From Candidatus Saccharimonadota bacterium (GTDB taxonomy: Bacteria > Patescibacteriota > Saccharimonadia > Saccharimonadales > Saccharimonadaceae), in NCBI GenBank assembly GCA_905372855.1, contig CAJPQF010000001.1, positions 1,521 to 65,520 of the forward strand: 64,000 nt of DNA, written 5' to 3'. A program made the position numbers and the translations under genes. The notes under the pieces are model-generated. The model did not search any database. It saw only the letters and a list, made by a program, of their open reading frames with translations, and had not been told where the DNA came from. Positions 50,673 to 60,890 of the stretch are shown here, in pieces. How positions within the stretch are numbered: position 1 is the stretch's first letter; each line of letters starts with the position of its first letter.

Positions 50673-51990
50673 ATCAGCTAGCCAAAGAAAGCAATCCTTC
50701 TCGAATGGCTTAAACTTAGGACATAGTCAAACATTACCGCTGATTATGCATATAGATCTCAATAGTTGTTTTGCGACTATTGAACAGCAGTCGCGGCCGC
50801 TGCTGCGCGGGCGGCCAGTGGCGGTAGTTAATCGTTTGGTCGAGAACACTTCGGTTATCACCGTGAGTTACGAAGCGAAAGCTTACGGTGTTAAGGCTGG
50901 TATGAAATATCGCCAGGCTAAACGGTTGTGTCCCGAGCTAGTAGCGCTCGACAGCGATCCGCCGAAATATCGCTGGGTATATCGGCAGCTGCTGCGAATT
51001 ATGAATAGTTACAGTCCAGCGGTGGTGATGAAGAGTATTGATGAAGGCATAATTGATTTTGCAGTAGCGCCCGAATCAATGCGGTCGCGCGGTTTAGAAG
51101 CTATCGGTAAAGAGATTAAGCAGCGATTGCGTACCGAAGTAGGTTCGTACATGCGTTGTAATATCGGTATCGGTACTAACCGTTTCTGGGCCAAGATGGC
51201 GGCTAGCTTGCATAAGCCTGACGGGCTTGATGTCGTGACGGCGCAAAATGTACAAACGGTGTTATCCAACTTAACTTTACGCGATCTGACGGGAATTGCG
51301 CGGCACAACGAGCAGCGGCTGAACGCAGTGGGTATTTTTACGCCGCTGCAAATGTACGCTTCGTCGCCAGAGGCGCTTCATGCTGCTTTTCATAGTATTA
51401 ATGGTGAAAAATGGTATCAACGTCTGCATGGCTGGGAAGTCGATGATTTGATAAGCGACGTTAAAACATGCGGCCGCCAATACGTACTAGAGGAGCGTAA
51501 TATGCCGCGGCAGCAAATAGCCGCTCGATTGCATAATTTAGTCGAGGCGGTTGGACAAAAATTGCGTTCACAGCGCAAGTCGGCGCGCGGTGTCGGTATT
51601 TATGTGCGAATGGCGGGTGTGGCTAGCAACTCAAAGCTATCGTTGAATAATAGACGCTGGGGACGCGCGGGCAATTACTGGCAGCGTAAATATTTAGCGC
51701 CGCTGCCAATGTTTAGCGATGCTGCGTTGTGGCATGTGGCCGAAGAGTTATTCTGCCAGGCGCCGGCTGGTGATATACGCGAGATAGGCGTGCATTGTTA
51801 TAATCTGTATAACAGCACCAGCGATCAGCTAAGTTTGTTTGGCGACGAATTAGCGCGCGAGCAGCAAATAACTTGGGCAATTGACGAGATTAATCAGCGG
51901 TACGGCGCTCGGACTATTCACGCTGCTAGTACGCTTAATACCGAGGCGGTTCGCACCAAGATTCCGTTTGGTAGTACGCGCTATTTATAA
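50665..51990 (+). CDS. Y-family DNA polymerase (DinB/UmuC-like)
   Basis: HIDLNSCFATIE, SYEAKAYGV, SIDEG, KPDGL, QLSLF clamp motif. Confidence 0.92.
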   Translation: MAESASQRKQSFSNGLNLGHSQTLPLIMHIDLNSCFATIEQQSRPLLRGRPVAVVNRLVENTSVITVSYEAKAYGVKAGMKYRQAKRLCPELVALDSDPPKYRWVYRQLLRIMNSYSPAVVMKSIDEGIIDFAVAPESMRSRGLEAIGKEIKQRLRTEVGSYMRCNIGIGTNRFWAKMAASLHKPDGLDVVTAQNVQTVLSNLTLRDLTGIARHNEQRLNAVGIFTPLQMYASSPEALHAAFHSINGEKWYQRLHGWEVDDLISDVKTCGRQYVLEERNMPRQQIAARLHNLVEAVGQKLRSQRKSARGVGIYVRMAGVASNSKLSLNNRRWGRAGNYWQRKYLAPLPMFSDAALWHVAEELFCQAPAGDIREIGVHCYNLYNSTSDQLSLFGDELAREQQITWAIDEINQRYGARTIHAASTLNTEAVRTKIPFGSTRYL

Positions 51991-52048
51991 AATATATTAT
52001 TAGTGGTGTCAGTTAACGCTAGTATCTTGATAGATTATAATAAAAAGT

Positions 52049-52894
52049 ATGACGTACTTGGTGGCAGTTTCTGGCGGTGTGGATAGCGTGTGCTTATTGG
52101 ATATACTGAGCCGGTCAGATCATCGGCTAATTGTAGCGCATGTCGAACATGGAATCCGCGGCGAGGCTTCGCGCGCTGATGCACGGTTTGTGGCAGCGTT
52201 GGCGCAGAAATATAATCTACCGTTCGTTTCGACGGCGCTTAATCTCGGGCCGAATGCTAGCGAAGAATTAGCGCGCCAGAAGCGGTATGACTTTTTGCTA
52301 ACACAGGCGCAGAAGTTTGGCGCGGTGCTGGTTACGGCGCATCATGCTGAAGATGTCGCCGAAACGATTGCTATCAATATTGAGCGAGGTACGGGATGGC
52401 GCGGGTTAGCTGTGCTAGCGCGCACAGGAGTCAAACGTCCGCTGATTTCTTTTACCAAGACGCAATTATACGATTATGCGCTGCAGCATCGCTTGGAATG
52501 GGTTGAAGACGCAACGAACGCAAGCGGTCTTTATCAACGCAATCGTGTCAGAAAAGTACTAAAAAGTATTATCAATCGACGCACAGTTGTAAAATTACTG
52601 CAGTTGCGCGCTAGACAGCTAGCCTTACGGAAAGACATTGAACGCGAAACTGAGCGGATCACGCTGCGCAATAGCGGTTCGCGGTATTTTTTGTCGCAGA
52701 TTGATGATGACGTAGCGTTAGAGCTACTAGCGAGCGATATTGCCAGGCAGACTGGCGGACTGCGACCGACTCGGCCGCGTACTCAGCGGGCTTTGCTGGC
52801 TGTCAAGACGGCGCGGCCGGGCGCTAAAATTGATGTCGGCGATGGCGTGCAATTAGAAATTACCTCTCGAACTTACTGCGCGAAGGTGGTATAA
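52049..52894 (+). CDS. tilS: tRNA(Ile)-lysidine synthetase (short form)
   Basis: VAVSGGVDS PP-loop, TAHH..D, RPL, EDATN, RNRVR; upstream of ftsH. Confidence 0.9.
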   Translation: MTYLVAVSGGVDSVCLLDILSRSDHRLIVAHVEHGIRGEASRADARFVAALAQKYNLPFVSTALNLGPNASEELARQKRYDFLLTQAQKFGAVLVTAHHAEDVAETIAINIERGTGWRGLAVLARTGVKRPLISFTKTQLYDYALQHRLEWVEDATNASGLYQRNRVRKVLKSIINRRTVVKLLQLRARQLALRKDIERETERITLRNSGSRYFLSQIDDDVALELLASDIARQTGGLRPTRPRTQRALLAVKTARPGAKIDVGDGVQLEITSRTYCAKVV

Positions 52895-52947
52895 TTACAG
52901 AGATATTCTGAATTTGATTATAAAACCACGAAAGGATACATATTTCA

Positions 52948-54807
52948 ATGCCTAAACCTCGTAAACAAAAGGTGAGTAATAAAGTTCGGCTCGGTTTATT
53001 CTGGGCAATTATCGTTTTGATTGGACTGTCGCTATATGCGGCATTTATGCCGGCTAAGCCGCTCCAGGAAGTACCAATCGCTCAGGTGATTCGAGACGCC
53101 AACGAAGGCAAAGTAGCCAAGATCGAAGGCCAAGGCGGCGACCTTCAGGTGACTATGAAGGGTGAAAATAAGCCGTCTAAGCGGACATACTTAGGCGGCG
53201 GGGTTTCGTCGCTGCTGAAAGACAATATACTTAACGAAAAAGGCCGTGCAGTTGTTTCGGATAGTGCGCCAGTTGATAATTCTTTGATGCTGACTTTGAT
53301 GACGGTGGTTTTGCCAGTGTTGCTGATCGGCGCGCTGTTTGTTTTTATGATGCGGCAAGCTCAGGGCCAGAATAGCCAGGCGATGAGTTTTGGTAAAAGT
53401 AAGGCTAGGCTATACGGCCTTGATAAAGAGCGGGTGGTGTTTGACGATATCGCTGGCAATGATAATGCTAAACAGGATTTACAAGAGGTCGTTGACTTTC
53501 TCAAGCATCCGAAAAAATATCAAAGTCTCGGTGCTAAAATCCCGAAGGGTGTGCTGCTAGTCGGCGATCCAGGTACCGGCAAGACGATGCTAGCGCGAGC
53601 AGTAGCTGGCGAGGCGGATGTACCTTTTTTCTCGATTTCTGGTTCAGAGTTTGTTGAAATGTTTGTCGGTGTTGGTGCCAGCCGCGTGCGCGACCTTTTC
53701 CAGAAGGCCAAGAAAAACGCGCCAGCGATTGTTTTTATTGATGAGATTGACGCCGTCGGGCGCAAACGCGGCAGCGGTATGGGCGGCGGTCATGACGAGC
53801 GCGAGCAGACACTGAATCAAATTTTGGTAGAGATGGACGGTTTTGAGGCGGACACCAATGTGATTGTAATAGCAGCGACCAACCGGGCTGACGTGCTTGA
53901 TCCGGCACTGCTCAGGCCAGGCCGCTTTGACCGGCACGTGACGATTAGTTTGCCGGAGCGCAAAGATCGCGAAGCTATTTTGAAAGTTCATTTCAAAAAT
54001 AAGCCGACTGACGACACAGTCAATCTCGATAAGCTGGCAGCCAAAACGGCTGGCTCTAGCGGTGCCGATTTGGCGAATATTGCCAACGAGGCGGCAATCA
54101 TTGCAGCGCGGCGCAACTCCAAGAAAGTGTCGAATGACGACCTGACTGAAGCTTTTGAAAAAGTGGCTATCGGCCCGGAGCGTAAAGCTAAAGTAATGAA
54201 CGACCATGAAAAGGAATTAACTGCTTACCACGAAGCTGGCCATGCTATTGTTGGTCATGTTTTGCCAGATAGCGATCCAGTACACAAAATCACTATCATT
54301 CCGCGCGGCGGTACGGGCGGCGTGACGTGGTTCTTGCCTCCAGAAGACAGAAGTTACACTAATGTTTACGAGTTCAAAGATATTCTAGCGCGAGCGCTGG
54401 GCGGCCGGATTGCCGAGAAGCTGATTTACGGTGATGATGGTATCACTACTGGCGCTGGCAGTGATTTGCGCCATGCCGCTAAAGTTGCCCGCAATATGAT
54501 AGTTGAACAAGGCATGGGCTCGAAACTGCGCGACCAAGTCTTCCACGAGGACAATGGCGGCATGGTTTTTGACAAAATTACCCACGACCGGCCATATTCA
54601 GAGGCGACAGCACAAGAGATCGACAACGAGGTCGAGGCGCTAATCAAGGAAGCGTCGGTTCGTGCCGAGACAATACTCAGCAAGAATCGGGCGGTGCTTG
54701 AAAAGCTCAAGGATGCTTTGCTCAAAAACGAAACTCTCGAAGAAGAAGACGCCGCTAAATACATGAAGGATGCGGTGCTGCCAAAGGAAGTAAAACTACA
54801 CGCATAA
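52948..54807 (+). CDS. ftsH: ATP-dependent Zn metalloprotease FtsH
   Basis: 2 [27 protein letters not shown]. Confidence 0.97.
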   Translation: MPKPRKQKVSNKVRLGLFWAIIVLIGLSLYAAFMPAKPLQEVPIAQVIRDANEGKVAKIEGQGGDLQVTMKGENKPSKRTYLGGGVSSLLKDNILNEKGRAVVSDSAPVDNSLMLTLMTVVLPVLLIGALFVFMMRQAQGQNSQAMSFGKSKARLYGLDKERVVFDDIAGNDNAKQDLQEVVDFLKHPKKYQSLGAKIPKGVLLVGDPGTGKTMLARAVAGEADVPFFSISGSEFVEMFVGVGASRVRDLFQKAKKNAPAIVFIDEIDAVGRKRGSGMGGGHDEREQTLNQILVEMDGFEADTNVIVIAATNRADVLDPALLRPGRFDRHVTISLPERKDREAILKVHFKNKPTDDTVNLDKLAAKTAGSSGADLANIANEAAIIAARRNSKKVSNDDLTEAFEKVAIGPERKAKVMNDHEKELTAYHEAGHAIVGHVLPDSDPVHKITIIPRGGTGGVTWFLPPEDRSYTNVYEFKDILARALGGRIAEKLIYGDDGITTGAGSDLRHAAKVARNMIVEQGMGSKLRDQVFHEDNGGMVFDKITHDRPYSEATAQEIDNEVEALIKEASVRAETILSKNRAVLEKLKDALLKNETLEEEDAAKYMKDAVLPKEVKLHA

Positions 54808-54810
54808 ACT

Positions 54811-56448
54811 ATGGCGGGGCGAGGAAGTCGAGTACGGTCGGTTGTTGCGAAAGCGAATAGCAAATTGTCAGTACAGTGGGCGGCAATTCTGCTGTCTGGA
54901 TCGACAATGCTGTCAAGCTTGCTGGGGATTTACCGCGATCGTTTAATTAATGGCATGTACCTAGACACTTATAAAGTGGGTGCTGATGCCTATGTAGCGG
55001 CGTTTACCGTGCCGGATTTTATGTATTTCCTGCTAGTGTCGGGCGCTTTGAGCGTATCGTTTATCCCAGTGTTTAATCAACGTTTGGCGAGCGGTAATAA
55101 GCGATCGGCATGGGAACTGAGTTCAAGCTTGCTGAATCTCTTTGCGGTATTGACGTTAATCACTAGCGTGCTGATTATTATCTTTGCCGACCCGCTGGTG
55201 CGCTATGTTGTTGGCCCGGGCTTTGGCGAACAAGGACATGCTTTGGCGGTGAGTATGATGCGTATAATTGCCGTCAATCCGTTTTTGTTCGCGATTGCGA
55301 CGGTAGTGTCGAGTATGCAGCAAGCAATCGGCCGGTTTACTTTTTTGGCACTAGCACCAACCATCTATAATCTAGGTATCGTTGTCGGTGCCAAATATTT
55401 TACTAACGGCATTAATATCTTTGGTTGGCAGATATTTGAAGGCGGCATTATGGGTGTGGCGCTTGGCGTGGTGCTAGGGGCAATTCTGCAGCTGGTGGTT
55501 AGTTCAATTGGTCTGGTCGGCGTAAACTTTGACTATCGCCCAGTGATTTCTTGGCGCAACAAAGGTTTTCGCCAAGTCTTGAAGCTTCTGCCGCCGCGCT
55601 CAATTGATCAAGGAATTGATTATTTTAATGGAATTGTTGAAATTAATCTAGCGTCACGAATGGGCGACGGAATTATGCGTGTTTACCAGCAGGCGTCTAG
55701 TTTGAGCTTGATGCCAGTGAATCTAGTCGGCGTGGCTATTAGCAATGCGGCTTTTCCGCGGATGACTGAACGGCTAGCGGAAGGGCGAGTTGATCTCTTC
55801 AAGAAAGAGCTGCGCTCGGTTTTCCGCTGGATTGTCTGGTTGGCTCTGCCGATTGCTGTGATTACTTTCTTTGCGCGTGGTTATGTGGTGGCATTCATCA
55901 AGAACGGCGGGCAGCCGGCGATTGCTAGTGTTCTCGGTGCGTTAGTGATATCGATTTTCTTCAGGACGCTTTATCACATCATGGCGCGAACGTTCTACGC
56001 GCAGCAAGACACGCGAACGCCTCTGTATATTTCGATAGCGACGATATCGTTGAATATTGTATTAGCAATAATTTTCACGCAGCTGTTCGGCTGGGGAGTA
56101 TTTGGTCTGGCCTGGGCGCAATCGATTGTTTCGGTGGTAGAGATTGCGATTTTGCTAACTATATTGCACGTACGTACACCGGGTATTTTTAATCGCAAGA
56201 CACTGCGCAGTATTATTACTATGATGATTGCCAGTGCAATTATGGGTGTGGTGACTTATTTTGTAGTACAGATGCTACAGTTGCAGTCGCGCGATATGAA
56301 TTTTATGGCGGTTTTCCCGAAGTTTACTGTCATTGTGGTGGTGAGTTTTGCGGTATATATAGCTTTAAGTAAAGTATTTAAGCTTGAAGAGGCGGATCCG
56401 ATTGTTGCAAAACTACGACAGCTACTATTCGGCAGAGTGAGGCGTTAG
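54811..56448 (+). CDS. murJ: lipid II flippase MurJ
   Basis: [39 protein letters not shown]. Confidence 0.92.
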   Translation: MAGRGSRVRSVVAKANSKLSVQWAAILLSGSTMLSSLLGIYRDRLINGMYLDTYKVGADAYVAAFTVPDFMYFLLVSGALSVSFIPVFNQRLASGNKRSAWELSSSLLNLFAVLTLITSVLIIIFADPLVRYVVGPGFGEQGHALAVSMMRIIAVNPFLFAIATVVSSMQQAIGRFTFLALAPTIYNLGIVVGAKYFTNGINIFGWQIFEGGIMGVALGVVLGAILQLVVSSIGLVGVNFDYRPVISWRNKGFRQVLKLLPPRSIDQGIDYFNGIVEINLASRMGDGIMRVYQQASSLSLMPVNLVGVAISNAAFPRMTERLAEGRVDLFKKELRSVFRWIVWLALPIAVITFFARGYVVAFIKNGGQPAIASVLGALVISIFFRTLYHIMARTFYAQQDTRTPLYISIATISLNIVLAIIFTQLFGWGVFGLAWAQSIVSVVEIAILLTILHVRTPGIFNRKTLRSIITMMIASAIMGVVTYFVVQMLQLQSRDMNFMAVFPKFTVIVVVSFAVYIALSKVFKLEEADPIVAKLRQLLFGRVRR

Positions 56449-56449
56449 A

Positions 56450-57436
56450 GTGGAACGTATCCGCAATTTTTGTATCATCGCTCACATTGATCACGGCAAA
56501 TCGACGCTGGCTGACCGGATGATGGAGATGACGGGGACGGTAGAGAAGCGCGAGATGAAATCGCAGTTGCTGGATAGTATGGATTTGGAGCGCGAAAAAG
56601 GGATTACTATTAAGTTGGCGCCGGTGCGAATGAAGTACGAGCCGATTGCTGCTGGTCTTTTCTCTGAAGGCTTTGCCTTTCCGGCAAAGCGAGGCCAAGA
56701 GCGTAAGCTAGATCAGTTGGCGGCCGAGCGGCCTGAAGAGAAAAGCGCCAGCGAGGTCGGCACTAACAGGCTGTTGCGGTCGGTTACTTACGATCTCAAC
56801 CTTATCGATACGCCCGGCCATGTTGATTTTAGCTATGAGGTGTCGCGTAGTTTGCAGGCCTGCGAGGGCGCGGTATTGGTGGTTGATGCCAGCCAAGGCA
56901 TTCAGGCGCAGACGCTGGCGAATGTATACTTGGCGATGGAGCAGGATCTCACGATTATCCCGGTACTCAACAAGGTCGATTTGCCAGCCGCTGATGTGCC
57001 ACGGGTGTCCAAGCAGGTGATCAATTTGCTGGGCTGTGATGAAAGCGAAATTATTCATATTTCTGCTAAAACGGGGCAGAACGTCGACCAAGTTTTGGAG
57101 GCGATTGTTGAGCGAATTCCGGCACCGACTGGCCAGCCAGACGACCCGACGCGGGCGTTGATTTTTGATAGTTATTATGATGATTATCGCGGGGTGATTT
57201 TGTACGTCAGGGTGGTTGACGGGCAAATTAAGAAAGGCGAAGCGATTCATATGATGGCGACTAGCGCGAATGGCTTAGCGCTGGAAGTTGGTCATCTTAG
57301 TCCCGGCATGATTGCCGATCCGTCGCTTGATACCGGCGAAATCGGTTACATCGTCACCAACTTGAAAACCACGCGCGAGGCACGGGTGGGTGATACGGTG
57401 ACGCTGAAGAAGTACTTCACGAAAGAGACCAAATAG
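56450..57436 (+). CDS. lepA: elongation factor 4, N-terminal half only (G domain + domain II), with a ~49-aa insertion
   Basis: [54 protein letters not shown]; ends RVGDTVTL..*. Confidence 0.9.
   Translation: MERIRNFCIIAHIDHGKSTLADRMMEMTGTVEKREMKSQLLDSMDLEREKGITIKLAPVRMKYEPIAAGLFSEGFAFPAKRGQERKLDQLAAERPEEKSASEVGTNRLLRSVTYDLNLIDTPGHVDFSYEVSRSLQACEGAVLVVDASQGIQAQTLANVYLAMEQDLTIIPVLNKVDLPAADVPRVSKQVINLLGCDESEIIHISAKTGQNVDQVLEAIVERIPAPTGQPDDPTRALIFDSYYDDYRGVILYVRVVDGQIKKGEAIHMMATSANGLALEVGHLSPGMIADPSLDTGEIGYIVTNLKTTREARVGDTVTLKKYFTKETK
56641..56761 (+). repeat. in-frame palindromic / structured insertion in lepA
   Basis: Nested inverted repeats GCCGA/TCGGC, GCTGG/CCAGC, CTTTTCTCT/AGAGAAAAG, AGGC/GCCT, TTTGCC/GGCAAA. 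Confidence 0.8.
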
Positions 57437-57446
57437 GAGACTAGAA

Positions 57447-58055
57447 GTGAGCAAAGGCATCATCTACGTCATGACCACCGCAGTGTCAGGCCTTATCAAA
57501 ATCGGCAAGACACAAACCAAGCAGTACTCAGAGCGGATGCGTTTCCTTGAGGCGAATGGCTACTACAATGTGGTTGGCTTGAAGCGGTTGTTTGCGATCG
57601 AGGTGGTTGACTATTCCGAAAAGGAAACGCTACTGCACGAAATATTCGCCAAGCATCGAGTCGGTAGTAGCGAACTTTTTGCGCTTGATTACGATTTGGT
57701 GCGGCAGCTGTTGCTGTCGTTTGAGGGCGATGTTATCTTTCCGGAGCAAAAGAACAAAGAAGCGGAATTTGACAAAATCACCAAAGCCAAAAATAGTAAT
57801 CAAAAGTTTAGCTTTTATCGAAAAGGCCTCAAAAACGGCGATGAGGTTGTCTTTCTCAAAGATAAAACAATTGTAGCAAAAATTGTTGGCGAGCGCGAAG
57901 TTGAATATGGCGGGCAGCGATGGCTACTGTCGCCGCTGGTGCGAAAAATATTTGAGGACAGGAATCAAGTTAATGATAGTGGTGCGTATCAAGGCGCAGC
58001 CTACTTTTGTTTTGACGGCAAGAAATTGAAGGACTTACCGGATGTAGAGCTGTAG
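57447..58055 (+). CDS. GIY-YIG/T5orf172-like nuclease with a C-terminal RAMA/DUF4357-like domain
   Basis: GIIYVMT..GLIKIGKT..ER, KETLLHEIF...SELF; AGGAG RBS overlapping the lepA stop. Confidence 0.75.
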   Translation: MSKGIIYVMTTAVSGLIKIGKTQTKQYSERMRFLEANGYYNVVGLKRLFAIEVVDYSEKETLLHEIFAKHRVGSSELFALDYDLVRQLLLSFEGDVIFPEQKNKEAEFDKITKAKNSNQKFSFYRKGLKNGDEVVFLKDKTIVAKIVGEREVEYGGQRWLLSPLVRKIFEDRNQVNDSGAYQGAAYFCFDGKKLKDLPDVEL

Positions 58056-58083
58056 TAACGTGTGCTATTATTAAAATGTACAA

Positions 58084-58722
58084 ATGAAAACAAAAATACT
58101 CAAATTAATCTTAGTTTTAGTATGTTTCAGCGTAAGCGCTTATACTTCGTATGATTATTTGCTGCATGAAGTGCCAGTCTATCTGAAAAGTAAAAATTTG
58201 GTTGAAGCAAGAACTCAGAAAACCCGTTTTCTAATACCAAAGCAGTGGCAAAGGATTGATGTAAAAAACGGTAAAACTGAAGGTTACGGCGATAAACTGG
58301 GCAAGGATAATAAGTCAATTAGCGGTGTTGGCGTGACTCAGGATTCGGAGCGGTTAGTGTTACCAGCTGCGCCTGATGAAGCTTATGAATTAGTGCGCAA
58401 AATGGCTTATGATAGCAAAGAGTTGCGCGAAGACGCGAAAAGATTCTTTACTATTAAGGGATTGGAAAATTGTCAAGCGACTGTCAATATCAAGGACGAT
58501 ACTTTGGAACAAAATGGTTTAGTTGGTATTGTCAGAATTACATCAAGTTGCGGTTCTCGACCTGAAAATACTAAAATGGTAACACGCTTAGCTGTTGGTC
58601 GCGAAGACGGATGTCTTCGTTACATATCGGTATTCTCTTACAATGAATATTGGAAACAAAATAGTAAAGTATTTGAAGAAATATTAAATAGCGCATCGTA
58701 TATAGATACGCAAAGTGCATGA
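58084..58722 (+). CDS. secreted hypothetical protein (PsbP-like fold possible)
   Basis: Signal peptide, FLIPKQW, ends FEEILNS. Confidence 0.65.
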   Translation: MKTKILKLILVLVCFSVSAYTSYDYLLHEVPVYLKSKNLVEARTQKTRFLIPKQWQRIDVKNGKTEGYGDKLGKDNKSISGVGVTQDSERLVLPAAPDEAYELVRKMAYDSKELREDAKRFFTIKGLENCQATVNIKDDTLEQNGLVGIVRITSSCGSRPENTKMVTRLAVGREDGCLRYISVFSYNEYWKQNSKVFEEILNSASYIDTQSA

Positions 58723-59212
58723 AACGGAAATTGGATACAGAATGAATAACTTCAAAAATTTTACAGAGAAAATTAGCTGCCGGGTGATTCCGACAACACG
58801 CGATCGCCGCGTGTGGTTGGATGAAAAAGTTGTCGACGATGATTTGTATTGTGTTTTTATGAATGGCCGATCGTACGAACTTGGCGAGGAATATGATGAC
58901 TTTTTGTATGTCACTGCTGACAACTTTGCCGAACTGGCAGATGTTATCCTCCGCGAGTTGTATGCGCGCGGATTTTCGTCGTCAGATTACAAATTAATCA
59001 ATGAAAATCGCGTTCATCTGGACTATAGTTTTATAAGCGATGACACGCTTTGGACTGCCTGGCGCAATGTCGATGCGATAGTTACGGGCGATATTACCGA
59101 CGAGAAGGATTATCGTCGCGACAAAACTAAACGCGGTCGGTGGATGGGTTACGCTGAATTAGTTCAGGCTATTGGCAAGAATCAAGCCCATAAGATTTTT
59201 GAACAGTTGTAG
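58715..59212 (+). CDS. hypothetical protein (start may be ATG 58742)
   Basis: 165-aa ORF in operon-like orientation. Confidence 0.6.
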   Translation: MHETEIGYRMNNFKNFTEKISCRVIPTTRDRRVWLDEKVVDDDLYCVFMNGRSYELGEEYDDFLYVTADNFAELADVILRELYARGFSSSDYKLINENRVHLDYSFISDDTLWTAWRNVDAIVTGDITDEKDYRRDKTKRGRWMGYAELVQAIGKNQAHKIFEQL

Positions 59213-59295
59213 AATAAGTTGCAATACTCCTTTCAAGATGTAATCAATAAAATAAAAGCGTAAGAAACGCGACAATTTATTATTGACATTATATT

Positions 59296-60812
59296 AACCA
59301 GAAAGAAACTTTTAAGAATCGATTGCCTGAAGCGATCGACAGGCCGTTAACGCTGGAAAATACGGACACGTATGTCGATGACGCGCTGGGAGCGGTTATT
59401 AATCTGGTCGAAGATGTGGTTGCCGAATACGACGCCCAGCCGGGTGCTGAGTGGCAGCAGCTTGGAGAGGCTAATGGAAAAGAACGTGAGGGCGCGGCGC
59501 TTAAGCACTTTGGATTGGAGGATGTGGAAGCTATCCTCAGGCATTTGGTGTATAAAGCTAGCCAATTTGCGGTAATTGACCGGGTGATTGCGCAGGTTAA
59601 CTAATCTAGCGAGGTGTTCGTGCCGCCAGACAGTACGCCCGTTCCGCAAGCTACAGGCAGCGGTACTGGAATGGAGAAAAAAGGCAAGCGGCCGAAATTA
59701 AAAAACCTGCTGGTTATGTTAAAGAGTGAGTTTGACATAGATCCTGACGACTCTGAGGCGGTGTCTATTGTTTGGGGAAGCGTTGATCCGAACATGATGC
59801 GTGAGGAACCGTACTGTCAAGTTACCGTACCTGAACTTGATAAGGTTATTCTGGTTTGCGACGAATACGAGAACGTTACATTTGTGTTTAATGGCGAATG
59901 GGTGCGCGAGCAAGTTAATTCTAACCGTTCGTCGAAGGACGAGTCGGCACGCCCGCTGACGGATTATACGAAAGAGGAATTGAGCAAACTAATAAAGGAT
60001 AATCCAGGACAAGGCGCGCGAATTATGGCGACGAAGAATTTTACAGCTAATCTGGCAAATGCACTGGAAGGCGGATTCAGCCAGCAAGAGTTAGATAAGC
60101 CTGTCGATACAAGATATTTAAGAAGCTCAAGAAGTTCAAAAGATTTGCCTCAGGTTCCGGATGGATATGCTACTATTAGTGAGATAGGGGAAGAGCTAGG
60201 TATACAAGAAGAAAAAGACAAAGTGATGATTCGAAACGTTGTCATAGCACTTGAAAAGCAAGGAAAAATAACAAAAGGTATATATCGTAGCAGAAACGGA
60301 CGACCAATACTTGCTTTTACTGAGAAAGATGCTCGGCTGATTGTGGAGGAGACGAAGAGGCGCACGGCGCCAATTCCAGAAGGCTATGTTTCCGTCGCTA
60401 AGTTTGCAGGGGAACACCAACAGCGTAAAGGCGGACATGATATAACTTACCCCGATATGTCATGCGCCATTAAGCAGTTTGAGCTAAATCCAGTTAAGAT
60501 AGGAGGATTTTTATATCTTCCCGAAGATGAAGCCAGGCAAGTTGTGGCTATGGTTGAACAATTGGTAAGTGAGCGACTGGCAGTCAAGCGGCGCGAGAAG
60601 ATAAGCCTAAAAGGACTTAGCGACGCGATTGGAGAGGACTATACTGCCGTTCGTAGGGCTGCATAAAATGTGGTCTAATAGAAAAAGGTGCTAGCAGTAG
60701 AGGAAGATATTTTTCGGTAGCGGAGCAGGGAGAGATGATTAAATACCTCGAAGAGAGACGAGCGCGACGAGCTAGAGCCAAAGGGCAGCTTGGCGGAACT
60801 GCCTTAAAGTAG
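59296..60812 (+). pseudogene. disrupted gene with tandem MerR/excisionase-like HTH modules
   Basis: ORFs 59323 and 59614 are in the same frame, separated by TAA 59602-59604; frameshift near 60663 continues IKCGLIEKG..RYFS..* to 60812; no ATG start. Confidence 0.6.
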
Positions 60813-60890
60813 TTTGACTGTCGCTGGTAGCGGTAAATCATCGCACTAATGTTGACAATTTAGCAAAGAAATATTAGCATTATAACTAAG

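Noticed and set aside
56639..56785. Intein or self-splicing intron in lepA
   Set aside because: No C/S start or HN-C/S/T end; too short, with no recognisable group I/II core; the frame is preserved
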